A stretch of 64,000 nt of DNA from a virus (lineage: Duplodnaviria; Caudoviricetes). A model generated the notes under the pieces. That model was not told the DNA's origin. It saw only the letters and a program-made list of their open reading frames with translations, and did not search any database. Below, one piece after another: positions 51,316 through 60,932 of this stretch. The stretch lies in IMG/VR virus record IMGVR_UViG_3300018475_000104, positions 1 through 64,000 of that record. One strand, 5' to 3'. The translations under genes and the position numbers were made by a program. Within the stretch, counting starts at the first letter, position 1; each line of letters starts with the position of its first letter.

Positions 51316-51515
51316 TGATAATACTTTATTCAACTGGTTGTCCTCGTTGCACTGTTTTAGAAAAGAAACTTGAGCAGAAAAAAATTGAATACTCTAAAAT
51401 AACTGACGTAGATGTAATGCTAGCGATGGGAATTAAGTCTGTTCCAATGCTTCAAATTGATGACGCCGCGCCAATGGATTATATGAAAGCAGTTAATTGG
51501 GTAAAGGAGCAGTAA
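51315..51515 (+). CDS. NrdH/glutaredoxin-like protein
   Basis: YSTGCPRC, SVP. Confidence 0.85.
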   Translation: MIILYSTGCPRCTVLEKKLEQKKIEYSKITDVDVMLAMGIKSVPMLQIDDAAPMDYMKAVNWVKEQ

Positions 51516-51516
51516 A

Positions 51517-53427
51517 ATGAACATTAATATTAGATTAAGCAAAAACTTTACTACCGCATATAACAAAATGCAAGAAGCCTACGGCGAAGAAATCGCGCGA
51601 ATCAATGGCTTCTCAGATGGCCTTCTATCATATACAGACTTCATTGATAATTTCGTTGATACAGAAACAGTGGCAGATGCTTCTGTAGATGGTAATGCTA
51701 ACGTTGGTCAAAAAGATATCGTAACTCTAATCAATGAAATGCCTAAACCTCATCAAAAGCTTTTGGCTTTCAATAAAATCTATCACGAAATCAATAAGAA
51801 ATATGGCTTTAAAGTGGCAAATGATTGGCTTCGCGCGGAATGGGATGGACATCTATATATGCATGATGCGAATACCACTTCATTCGTTCATTATTGCTTT
51901 GCTTATGATTTAAAAGACTTGGCTGAAAAAGGTCTATTCTTTATTGAAAACTTTAATGCTGAACCTCCTCAGCACTTAGAAACTTTTGTCGATTTTGTTA
52001 AAGAGTTTGTAAGTTGGGCTTGTAATCGAAGCTCTGGCGCGGTTGGTTTACCAAATCTAATTCCTTATATGTATTATTTTTGGAATAGAGATTGTGAGAA
52101 AGGTTATTACACAGTTTCTCCCGAAAAATATGCTGAGCAACAAATCCAACGTCTTATTTACGCTTTAAATCAACCTTTCCTGCGCGGCGGTATTCAATCT
52201 GCCTTTACGAATACATCTGTATTTGACCGCCCCTATCTTGAGGCTCTATTTGGCGGCGCCGAGTTCCCAGATGGAACCTTCATGATTGATGAAATGGAAG
52301 GCATTATGGAATTCCAAAAGCTTTATATGGAAACAATGAGTAAAATTCGTTCTCATAATATGATGACTTTCCCAGTAAGCACTATTTCTCTATTAAAACA
52401 AAATGGCAAATTTGAAGATGAAGATTTTGCAATTTGGGCTTGTAAGCACAATATGAAGTGGAATGATTCAAATATCTTTGCTGATTCAAGTGTCAATAGT
52501 CTATCCAATTGTTGCCGCCTAAAATCTAACATTGAAGACCTTGGTTATTTTAACTCAATCGGCGGCACTGCTTTAAAGGTTGGTTCTGTAAAGGTTAATA
52601 CAATTAATCTCGCGCGCCTTGCTTTGGAGAATAAAACTGAGAAGGACTATTTAGTTGCTTTGCGCGATATGGTTGAGTTAGACCTCAAAGCTCTTGATGC
52701 AGTAAGATATATCATTCGCAGAAATGTTGAGAAAGGTTTGTTAAAGAATTTCACTCTTGGCTTAGTTGATTTTGAGCATTTGTATAATACAATTGGCTTT
52801 ATTGGTATTTATGAGACAATGAAGTCTTTTGGATATGTAAGATATGATGAATTTGGCAATTGCTTCTATACCGAAGAAGCTGAAAAGTTTGGCAAAAAGA
52901 TTTTCGATGTAATTCATAATGTAGCTGATAACTTTAAGCTTGATAAAGATTACATGATTAACTGTGAAGCTATTCCTGGCGAAAGTGCTGCCGCGAAGCT
53001 AATGAAGAAAGACAAATTCTTCTTCCCCGAAACCGTAGTAGATGACCTACCTCTCTATGGTAATCAGTTTATTCCTCTCGGCATTAAAACCACTCTTCAA
53101 GAAAGAATTCGTATCGCTGCAATGTTTGATGGATTCTGTAATGGTGGTAGCATTCTTCATGCCAATATCGAAGCGCCATTTAAGACTTTTGAACAAGCTT
53201 GGGATATGCTTAATTACATTACTGACCAGGGAGTAACCTATTTTGCTTTTAACACAAAAATTCAAGCCTGCGCGAAGAACCATGCTTTCTATGGCACAGT
53301 TTGTCCCGAATGTGGCGGCCCTGTTGAGACAGAATATACACGAATTGTAGGTTTCTACACACCAGTAAAAACTTATTCCAAAGAAAGAAAAGCAGAATAC
53401 GCAATGCGCGAATGGGAGAATGTATAA
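51517..53427 (+). CDS. nrdD: Class III anaerobic ribonucleotide reductase
   Basis: LYMHD, YCF, TFP, SNCCRL, P.ES, C..H..CP.C, RIVGF glycyl-radical loop. Confidence 0.93.
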   Translation: MNINIRLSKNFTTAYNKMQEAYGEEIARINGFSDGLLSYTDFIDNFVDTETVADASVDGNANVGQKDIVTLINEMPKPHQKLLAFNKIYHEINKKYGFKVANDWLRAEWDGHLYMHDANTTSFVHYCFAYDLKDLAEKGLFFIENFNAEPPQHLETFVDFVKEFVSWACNRSSGAVGLPNLIPYMYYFWNRDCEKGYYTVSPEKYAEQQIQRLIYALNQPFLRGGIQSAFTNTSVFDRPYLEALFGGAEFPDGTFMIDEMEGIMEFQKLYMETMSKIRSHNMMTFPVSTISLLKQNGKFEDEDFAIWACKHNMKWNDSNIFADSSVNSLSNCCRLKSNIEDLGYFNSIGGTALKVGSVKVNTINLARLALENKTEKDYLVALRDMVELDLKALDAVRYIIRRNVEKGLLKNFTLGLVDFEHLYNTIGFIGIYETMKSFGYVRYDEFGNCFYTEEAEKFGKKIFDVIHNVADNFKLDKDYMINCEAIPGESAAAKLMKKDKFFFPETVVDDLPLYGNQFIPLGIKTTLQERIRIAAMFDGFCNGGSILHANIEAPFKTFEQAWDMLNYITDQGVTYFAFNTKIQACAKNHAFYGTVCPECGGPVETEYTRIVGFYTPVKTYSKERKAEYAMREWENV

Positions 53428-53657
53428 TGGCTGAAATGAATATGGATACTGTTTCGCTAAGCAGAGTAAAAAAATTAGTAGAACAATTAGAAAGACAAAA
53501 GGCGCAACTTGAACTAAGTGAAGAAGATGACTTAGAAGTTGCTTTTGAATATATAATTGGCAGTCTATTTCCAACAGCTTATCAAAATATGAAAAATGCC
53601 TGTCGCGCCTTCTATATTGAAGGATATAATGAAGGGAAGAAAGCGAATGAAAATTAA
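53427..53657 (+). CDS. Hypothetical protein
   Basis: Overlapping ORF with GGAG RBS. Confidence 0.6.
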   Translation: MAEMNMDTVSLSRVKKLVEQLERQKAQLELSEEDDLEVAFEYIIGSLFPTAYQNMKNACRAFYIEGYNEGKKANEN

Positions 53658-54117
53658 AGGTTTAAATGAGTGTGATATAGTAAATTATAAAAAAACCTCA
53701 ATGTTTATTGTATTTCCTCATTGTAGCTTTAAATGTGATAAAGAGTGCGGGCGCAATGTTTGTCAAAACAGCGCGCTCGCTTGTGCTCCTATATTTGAAA
53801 TAGACACAAAAAAAATAATTGAAAGGTATGTATATAATCCTTTAACAAAAGCCTTGGTTTGTGGTGGACTTGAGCCATTTGACAGTTGGGAAGAATTACA
53901 AGAGTTAATTTTTAATTTTAGACAAGAAAATAATGATGAAATTGTTATTTACACTGGCTACACAGAAGAAGAAATAGAAGATAAAGTTGAATGGTTAAAA
54001 TTATATAGTCCAATTACTATTAAATATGGCAGATTCATTCCAAATCAAGAAAAACATTTTGACGAAATTTTAGGCGTAGATTTAGCAAGCTCAAATCAAT
54101 ACGCGAAGGAGTATTAA
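53647..54117 (+). CDS. nrdG: RNR activating radical-SAM protein
   Basis: CSFKC...C...CQN, GGLEP, IYTGY, KYGRF, SSNQ. Confidence 0.87.
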   Translation: MKIKGLNECDIVNYKKTSMFIVFPHCSFKCDKECGRNVCQNSALACAPIFEIDTKKIIERYVYNPLTKALVCGGLEPFDSWEELQELIFNFRQENNDEIVIYTGYTEEEIEDKVEWLKLYSPITIKYGRFIPNQEKHFDEILGVDLASSNQYAKEY

Positions 54118-54119
54118 AT

Positions 54120-54320
54120 ATGTCATCATCAATGACAATTACAATTAATCAAGATAAAGCAGAAGTTGAACGTATTCGGCGCGCAGTGCGTGAAAATGAT
54201 GGATATTGCCCATGCCAGTTAGAAAAAAACGAAAACACTCGTTGTATGTGTAAAAATTTTGTAAATAGCGAAGAAAGTGGCTGGTGTCACTGTGGCCTGT
54301 ATTTTAAAACTATAAAATAA
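54120..54320 (+). CDS. Ferredoxin:thioredoxin reductase catalytic-subunit-like protein
   Basis: CPC...CMC...CHC. Confidence 0.85.
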   Translation: MSSSMTITINQDKAEVERIRRAVRENDGYCPCQLEKNENTRCMCKNFVNSEESGWCHCGLYFKTIK

Positions 54321-54385
54321 ATTTTGACTTCCTTCGAAAAATATGTTATAATATTTATAGATAAAAAAGAGAAGGGAAAAGAACT

Positions 54386-54802
54386 ATGACCAATCGAGAA
54401 AAGAGAATGTTTCGAGTAGCAAAAGAGATTTCAAAATTTTCTAACTTTAATGGGCCGCATATTGGCGCAGTAGTATGTGAAGGAAAGACTATAATCTCAA
54501 CTGGTTATAATTCTTATAAGACTCGGCCTCTTCAACATCAATATAACATATATCGAGACTTTGAAGATTATGAAAACTCTATCCCCAGACAACACGCAGA
54601 AGTTGATGCTTTGAGTCGGCTTATTGGTAAAGAAGTTGATTGGAATAATGTGTCTATTTTTGTTTATAGAGAATTTAAAAATGGCGAACCAGGCTGTTGT
54701 CGACCGTGCGCGGCGTGTTCTCGTTTAATTAAAGATTTGGGTATTAGAAACATTTATTTTATTGATGAAGAAGGACGATATTGCAAGGAAAAGGTGCTTT
54801 AA
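54386..54802 (+). CDS. Zn-dependent cytidine/dCMP-type deaminase
   Basis: H.GAV..GYN, HAE, RPCAAC. Confidence 0.8.
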   Translation: MTNREKRMFRVAKEISKFSNFNGPHIGAVVCEGKTIISTGYNSYKTRPLQHQYNIYRDFEDYENSIPRQHAEVDALSRLIGKEVDWNNVSIFVYREFKNGEPGCCRPCAACSRLIKDLGIRNIYFIDEEGRYCKEKVL

Positions 54803-55402
54803 ATGAAATTTACCGATATTGTTTCAAATGTAAAAATTTATGATTTAGAAGAATCAATTATCGCAAGTGGCTATCCTATGAGAACTAAAGCTGGTAGGCG
54901 AGAAGTTGAGGAGAAAGATATTAATCGGGGCGAAAAGTTAGTTAGGGCTACCCTTGGCGGTAATACCGCACATCATTAGTTCTTAACAGGTATTAGGGTA
55001 AACTTTGATTTAACTTTTACAAATAAGGCGTGGGTTGAAGCCGAAAGATATAGATTCTTAGAATTTGTTTCAAGCCAATCAACAATGCACAGAATTACTA
55101 AATTCAATTTAGATAATCAGTATATTAAATATGTTGACCCACGAGTTATTAAAATTATGCAAGAGTTGGTTGATGCATACAACGAAAATCCAACTCCAGA
55201 AAATTACTTAAAGGTTCTTTATACAAATCCCGCAGGTTTTAAAATTACTGCGCGCATGACTACAAACTATAGAAGTTTAAGAAATATTTATATTCAAAGA
55301 AAGAATCATAGATTACCTGAATGGCGCGCGTTTTGTAAATGGATTGAAACCTTACCTTTTGCAAAAGAGTTTTTAACTAATATTAATCAAGAAGAGGAAT
55401 AA
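54803..55402 (+). CDS. ThyX-like (flavin-dependent thymidylate synthase fold) protein (1 in-frame TAG at 54977)
   Basis: AHH[TAG]FLTGI.V.FD...RYRF..FVSSQSTMH, TTNYR.L..IY.QRK.HRL.EW. Confidence 0.75.
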
Positions 55403-55413
55403 TTCCTCTTTTT
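55392..55413 (+). terminator. Terminator-like hairpin whose loop is the thyX-like stop codon, immediately before the suppressor tRNA
   Basis: AAGAGGAA-TAA-TTCCTCTT-TTT. Confidence 0.55.
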
Positions 55414-55449
55414 ATAGCCGTGTAGTTTAATGGTAAAACGCCGGTCTCT

Positions 55450-56138
55450 AATTAAAAATTGGACACCAAGAAGGGAAACCGCTTGTGTGAATCGTGTCAA
55501 ATTCGGTAAAACTCTTTAGGAGAATACAATGGCAACAAAAATTTCACTTTTAAGTGACGAAGAATTTTAGAAAATAATTTATGAATCTTATTCCTATGCT
55601 GAATGTTGTAGAAAGATTGGATATAGTGATAAAGGAAGTCATGGCACAGATGCGATAAAGAAAAGATGTCAAGAACTTAACTTGTCTACTAGTCATTTTT
55701 CTAAGACCAAGGCAGCAAATAAAAGTAGCACAAAATATTCTTTAGATGATATATTGATTGAAAATTCTAATTATAAAAACATATCAAGATTAAAAACTCG
55801 ACTAATCAATGAAAACAAACTTGAATATAAATGTGCTATATGTGGTAATACTGGAGAATGGAATAATAATCCCCTAGTTCTTCAATTAGACCATATTAAT
55901 GGAAAACACAACGACCATCGTTTAGAAAATCTAAGATTCTTATGTCCTAACTGTCATTCTCAAACAGAAACATATTCTGGAAAAAATAAAAATAAAGACA
56001 ATACCGAGCTAAATCAGTAAAAAACTGTAAATGTGTAGAGACTAAACGGCACGAACCTAAACCCAATTTGGGCATGGTTAAGATATAGTCCAGACTACAA
56101 CACAAATAATTGTGGCCATGGTGACATGGAGTAGTATG
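55450..56138 (+). mobile_element. Group I intron with HNH endonuclease
   Basis: P1 TCT|AATT/AATTGGA with U.G at the splice site; P3 TCGTGTC/GGCACGA; GTAGAGACTA and AAGATATAGTCC (P7); terminal G. Confidence 0.92.
55529..56020 (+). CDS. Intron-encoded HNH endonuclease (in-frame TAG at codon 14, 55568-55570)
   Basis: AGGAG RBS then ATG 55529; CAICG...LQLDHING..NDHRLENLRFLCPNCHSQT. Confidence 0.88.
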
Positions 56139-56225
56139 AAAACCGTAATATCCTTCTGACGGAGGTTATCTGGGTTCGAATCCCAGCACGGCCGCCAATC
56201 AAATATTTTACTGGAGGACAGTCCA

Positions 56226-56450
56226 ATGAGAGATGGTTTTGATGCCTCTAGTTTTCTAATACCCAAAGCATTCCATGATTTACCACTTTTTGGTGGAGGA
56301 GAAGGAAATGACGTTGGGTGGATGTTACTAGATCTTGCAACCTACTATAATGAACTTTTAGACAAATACTTACAAACTAATGATGACAGATATTTAAAAG
56401 TTTTAAATGCAATACTACCAAATCTAAGGAGAGAATTAGAAGATGAGTGA
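56226..56450 (+). CDS. Hypothetical protein
   Basis: GGAGG RBS; overlaps the dUTPase start. Confidence 0.55.
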   Translation: MRDGFDASSFLIPKAFHDLPLFGGGEGNDVGWMLLDLATYYNELLDKYLQTNDDRYLKVLNAILPNLRRELEDE

Positions 56451-57372
56451 TAATGTAATTCAGATGCCAAATACACAAGTAGAAGAAACAGAACAGCCAA
56501 ATGTTCTTGAAAGTGCTTTTAATGCTATAACAGAAGCCGCGCCAGAGCTTCAAGGTATGGAAGGAGTAGCTGCTTTACTAGCAATGCCAGATAAAGAATT
56601 TTCTGTGCTCGCGCCGCTCGTGCTTGAGAATATGGAAAAATCTTTAAACAATGTTAGCGATAAACTAATTCTTGTTCAGGCACTAAATGCCAGTGGGGGC
56701 ACTTCTGAGGACTTAATCGAAGCTTTTGCTAAACTAACCGATGAAATTGATAATCAGCTAACTACTCTAACACGTGCAAAGCGCGATTTCGTAAAACAGC
56801 TTATTGGTATGCTTTGTAATGCAATTGCAGATACAGAGGGTATTGCTAAAAAAATCATCCAAGTTCCTTTTGAGTTGTGTCATCCCAATGCTAAAATGCC
56901 TACCTATGCAAATGTAAACGATGCTGGTATGGATATTTATGCATTAGAAGATATCACAATTCATCCTGGTGAGACAATTATTGTTAAAACTGGGTTAAAA
57001 TGCGCGATTCCTAAGGGCTATGAACTCCAAGTTCGTCCTAAGAGTGGTAGAGCTTATAAAACTAAAATGCGCATTGCAAATACTCCTGGTACAATTGATA
57101 GTGGCTATCGTGATGAAATTGGAGTAATTATTGATAATATCGAACCTAAGATTAAAGATATTACCTTTGAATCTGATTTAGTTGATGGTAAGCCTGAATA
57201 CAAAATTACTTCCGTTCTCTTTGGCGAAGATATGCATATCGGAGAGGGCGAAAAATTTGCCCAATTAGTATTGAATGAAATTCCTAAGTGTGCGCCTTAC
57301 CAAGTTGAAAGCGTCGCTGCTATTGAGAATGATGGTCGTGCAGGCGGATTTGGAAGTACGGGGTTAAAGTAA
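56443..57372 (+). CDS. dut: dUTPase with ~135-aa N-terminal extension
   Basis: AGMD, RPKSG, GTIDSGYR.EI, AQL, RAGGFGSTG. Confidence 0.92.
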   Translation: MSDNVIQMPNTQVEETEQPNVLESAFNAITEAAPELQGMEGVAALLAMPDKEFSVLAPLVLENMEKSLNNVSDKLILVQALNASGGTSEDLIEAFAKLTDEIDNQLTTLTRAKRDFVKQLIGMLCNAIADTEGIAKKIIQVPFELCHPNAKMPTYANVNDAGMDIYALEDITIHPGETIIVKTGLKCAIPKGYELQVRPKSGRAYKTKMRIANTPGTIDSGYRDEIGVIIDNIEPKIKDITFESDLVDGKPEYKITSVLFGEDMHIGEGEKFAQLVLNEIPKCAPYQVESVAAIENDGRAGGFGSTGLK

Positions 57373-57677
57373 TGAGTGAATTTTGGAAAGATAAAGATTA
57401 TCATATGATAGGTAGTAGATGTAGTGGAAAAACTACTTCGCTACTTTATGCCGCAGAATTAAGAGGCATTAAAAATATAGTTATGGCTGAATCACAAGTA
57501 GGTAAATTAAAAGAACAAGAATTGGGGTATCCAGAAGGAACTTTTAATTTTATTAACTATAAAGATTTCGACCCTTTAACAATGAAAGAAGATTTTTTAA
57601 TTGACGAAGTAGATAATTTTTTACATTATCTTTTTCGTGGATACAGAGGATTTACAATGTCCTCGCAAGAATATTAA
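57372..57677 (+). CDS. Small P-loop-like protein
   Basis: GSRCSGKTT...LIDE. Confidence 0.55.
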   Translation: MSEFWKDKDYHMIGSRCSGKTTSLLYAAELRGIKNIVMAESQVGKLKEQELGYPEGTFNFINYKDFDPLTMKEDFLIDEVDNFLHYLFRGYRGFTMSSQEY

Positions 57678-57694
57678 TTATTGAGGTAATTTAA

Positions 57695-58426
57695 ATGGCG
57701 CGAATCCGATTAGAGGACATTCAATAGGAACTCGCGCGGGATGGCTGGAAGGTCATATCTGAAGAGTATGTCAATCTTGATACGGAAATGATATTTGAAT
57801 GTAACGAAGGACATCGTGTTTATGCGCCGTGGAAAAAGATTAGACAGAAAAGAGTTTGTCCTATATGTCAACAAAATTTTGAAAAAAGAGAACAAACAAT
57901 TATTCCAAAACCAAAAGATAAAAATCGTGTTCTAGCTTTAGACTAGGCAACAAAAATAACTGGGTGGTCAATATTTGACGGCGCGCAGTTAGTAAAATTT
58001 GGAACTTTTGAAACTTCTTTGAATGAAGAGATAGCAAGAGATAATGCAGTTAAGATATGGCTCATCTCAATGATTGAGAACTGGAAGCCAGACTACATTG
58101 GAATAGAAGGAATTTAGCTTTAGGAAAATAGTGAAGAGCGTAAGATGGGCGTTACAGTTTTTGAAACCCTTGCGCGCCTTCAAGGTATTCTAATGGAAAC
58201 CGCCTATGAGCATAAAATTCCCTTTAAAATTTGCCCAACCAATACTTGGCGAGGGCATTGTGGAGTAAAAGGAAAATCTCGCAGTGATAAAAAACGTTCA
58301 ATGCAACTTATAGCAAAAAGACTTTATGACATCACACTAACCGATGATGAAGCAGATGCAATTGGTATTGGTAAATATATAAGCGAGACTTGTGCAAAAG
58401 AAGTTTCAATTGAATCATGGGAATAA
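57695..58426 (+). CDS. Zn-ribbon plus RuvC-like Holliday junction resolvase (4 in-frame TAG)
   Basis: C..GH..CPIC; VLALD[TAG]ATKITGW; IEGI[TAG]L[TAG]; DDEADAIGIG. Confidence 0.87.
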
Positions 58427-58460
58427 AAAAGAGAGGTATTTCTACCTCTCTTATTTTTTT
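58425..58460. terminator. Bidirectional terminator between convergent blocks
   Basis: AAAAAA-GAGAGGTA/TACCTCTC-TTATTTTTTT. Confidence 0.8.
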
Positions 58461-58821
58461 ATTTAACTTTATATGTCTCCCACACAAATCGGTCGGAGGG
58501 GTCAAAAGTATCCCATATAACTCCATCAATTATGCAAGTAATATGCCCATTCATTGTAACAAGATAAACACCTTGATTAAACTCTTCAGCGAATTCACCT
58601 ACCGTCATTTTACCGCGGCAATCACATACTTTATCATATCGCCTACTCAAATACTAATCAATGTATAAAACCTCATCGGGCATAATTGCTTGAGACTGCG
58701 CGAAGTCACTTAATTTTTCATAAGTCTCATCCCAGGTGGCGCCCGTTGCGAGTGAAATTGCACGAACTGTACAATCATTAACTCTTCTTCCCAACGGGTT
58801 AGCATTATAGTAATGAAACAT
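58459..58821 (-). CDS. Papain-fold (C39-like) small protein (1 in-frame TAG)
   Basis: NANP....DCTVRAI...GHITC..DG...D. Confidence 0.7.
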
Positions 58822-59345
58822 TATAATTTACTAAGCTTCTGTAAGTGACGGCGAATAGTCTCTTTTTCTTGAGGAGTTTCAGCAAATTCCATTGTAGATT
58901 CAACGAAGGTGCAAATTGCATACATTAGTTTCTCAATACCATCCTGTAGGCGCGCTTCGTCTCCTCCATGCATATAACGGTCACGACCATATTCATAACT
59001 TTCCGCGCCATCCATAATTCTATCCATATGGTCGCGCATTCTCATGTCCTGACCTCTATAGGTACCATAATTATTATATCCGCCTCTGTCATAGTCATCT
59101 CTGTAATTACCACCACGGCGGCCATAGTTGCCACCATCGCGATAGCCAGAATAATCTCTATAATCATCACGATATCTTGGCATATCATAACCTCCTTGTT
59201 CCATGGCTGCAATGGTAGACAAGTCTTTTCTTGCCTCTGCCAAAGCTTTAAAATTTTGTACAGTATTTGCGCTCAAACCTTTTTCGGCCATAGCCATTAG
59301 TTCTTTATCTAGAACTTCATTAATTTTTTTAACATCTAAAGCCAT
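58821..59345 (-). CDS. Arg/Gly/Tyr/Asp-rich hypothetical protein
   Basis: YRDD/YGRRG low-complexity core. Confidence 0.75.
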   Translation of the reverse strand: MALDVKKINEVLDKELMAMAEKGLSANTVQNFKALAEARKDLSTIAAMEQGGYDMPRYRDDYRDYSGYRDGGNYGRRGGNYRDDYDRGGYNNYGTYRGQDMRMRDHMDRIMDGAESYEYGRDRYMHGGDEARLQDGIEKLMYAICTFVESTMEFAETPQEKETIRRHLQKLSKL

Positions 59346-59357
59346 AACTCAACCTCC

Positions 59358-59744
59358 TTAACCAGTGGTTATAGGAAGGGCCAAGGCGTTGTTAGCACAA
59401 CGGGAGCAAGGTAACTTTCCTAAGAGTTTAAATACACCATCTGCGATACCAGTGTTGACACAGACAGAATAGCGGGTTCGTCTATTAATCTAACAAGCAT
59501 AAACTGTTGTACAATCACAGTTCACTAATGGATAAGTGGTAGCCGTATCTGCGCCAATAGTTATAGCAACTGGCGCTGTAATAGTAGTTGCATCGGGTAA
59601 ATTCTGCGCGACAACTATGCAATATTTCTCTCCATCGCCATAACTGCCCGCAGGAATATTAATTAACAAAGTATTATCTGCAAAAGTAACTGATTCAGAA
59701 ATTACCAGTCTTTTGCATAAAGTTTTAACATTCTGGCAACTCAT
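59358..59744 (-). CDS. Cys-rich hypothetical protein (1 in-frame TAG)
   Basis: LC..L.IS..V...KYC.VVAQ; YAC[TAG]INRRTRY. Confidence 0.75.
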
Positions 59745-59762
59745 AACATCTACCTCTCTAAT

Positions 59763-59797
59763 AAAAGAGAGGGTATCAGCGTGATACCCTCTCAAAA
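59763..59797 (-). terminator. Intrinsic terminator
   Basis: GAGAGGGTATCA/TGATACCCTCTC stem with U-tract. Confidence 0.7.
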
Positions 59798-59835
59798 ATC
59801 ACGCCGGAGCGGAGTTTTTAAGTTTTAGTTAATTT

Positions 59836-60657
59836 TTAGCCGCAACCGCAACCGCACCCATTGTTGCCGAAATTGAATCCAAAGTTCCCATAGCAGCAAT
59901 TGGGGTTAGGAACTACATAGGCAGGTACGGGGCAATCTCTGCCGAGACGACGAAGAAGTTCAGCGGTCTGGGCTTCCTGGTTTGCAGCGATATATGCGTT
60001 CTGCGCGCTCTGAGAAGCCTGGAAACGGAGAGCTTGATTCTCTGCAGTAAGAGTATCAATTTTGTCTTTAACTAGGAAATCAAGAATGGAACGAGTGTTA
60101 TTGTTCTGGTTTTCAATAATGTCTCTTGTGTTATTCTGGAGAGTGTTGCGAGTATCGCAGAACTGAGATGCCATATCATACCGCATATCGCAGCAGCATT
60201 GTGCTAGCTGGGCGGCGAGAGCATTAAAGCCTGCCTGATTCTGGAAGCTGGCGTTCATAATTGATTTATCAACGCCACAGAAACCGGAAGCCATCTCTCT
60301 CTGAGTAGTGCAGCAGCAATTCTGAATAGCACTTAACACACCATTAATAGCATTGTTCTGAGCATAGAAGCCATCACATAGTCCATTAGCAAGACTACGA
60401 ATGCCATTGTCGAGCTGATTGAAGTTGAATGCATCGGTCATTCCCTGTGCAGTGGCGGGTACGCAACATGCGCTGTAGCCTCCGCCATTTTCGCTGCCAA
60501 AGCCGCCGTTACGGCCCCAGCCGCCCATAGCGAAGAAGAGAATTAAGATTATCACCCACCATGCTCCGTTGTCGCCACCAAAGCCACTGTCGGAGCCTCC
60601 ACCAGAGTTACGTAGAGCTAGAGCATCAGCCACAGAAATTCCTTCGTTTCCTGTCAT
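59836..60657 (-). CDS. Gly/Cys/Gln-rich membrane-associated protein
   Basis: WW.IILILFF.GGWG, CDGFY, QCCC, PVPAY.VPNP. Confidence 0.8.
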   Translation of the reverse strand: MTGNEGISVADALALRNSGGGSDSGFGGDNGAWWVIILILFFAMGGWGRNGGFGSENGGGYSACCVPATAQGMTDAFNFNQLDNGIRSLANGLCDGFYAQNNAINGVLSAIQNCCCTTQREMASGFCGVDKSIMNASFQNQAGFNALAAQLAQCCCDMRYDMASQFCDTRNTLQNNTRDIIENQNNNTRSILDFLVKDKIDTLTAENQALRFQASQSAQNAYIAANQEAQTAELLRRLGRDCPVPAYVVPNPNCCYGNFGFNFGNNGCGCGCG

Positions 60658-60689
60658 AACTTTATTCTCCTATTTTATTTATTAATTGC

Positions 60690-60932
60690 TTATAGATGTT
60701 TAACTGCGTCCATTAAAGATTGAAACTCAGCGCTAAAGTTTCGACCTTGCGAACCCAGCATCTATGTAGCAATCTATTCCAATTGCTTTACATCACCATT
60801 ACGACCCAATTGAAGCAAATTTTGCATCTGTGGGTTGTTTGGGAAATTTTGTTGAATTATTTGTTGCGCGACTGCTTGTGGATTTCCACCTTTAAGCATC
60901 ATCATCAATTGCATTGGATTTAAAGCTGCCAT
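60690..60932 (-). CDS. Gln/Met-rich small protein (2 in-frame TAG; absent from the ORF track)
   Basis: MAALNPMQLMMMLKGGNPQ..NNPQMQ..LE[TAG]IAT[TAG]. Confidence 0.75.

Larger units (their letters stand above)
55416..56197 (+). tRNA. Amber suppressor tRNA(CTA) interrupted by a group I intron (exons 55416-55449 and 56139-56197)
   Basis: Spliced: AGCCGTG-TA-GTTT-AATGGT-AAAAC-G-CCGGT-CT CT|A AA-ACCGT-long variable arm-CTGGG-TTCGAAT-CCCAG-CACGGCC-G-CCA. Confidence 0.9.

Noticed and set aside
56198-56270. Theta ribozyme after the suppressor tRNA
   Set aside because: No P1/P2/P3 pairing found, and the tRNA already encodes CCA.
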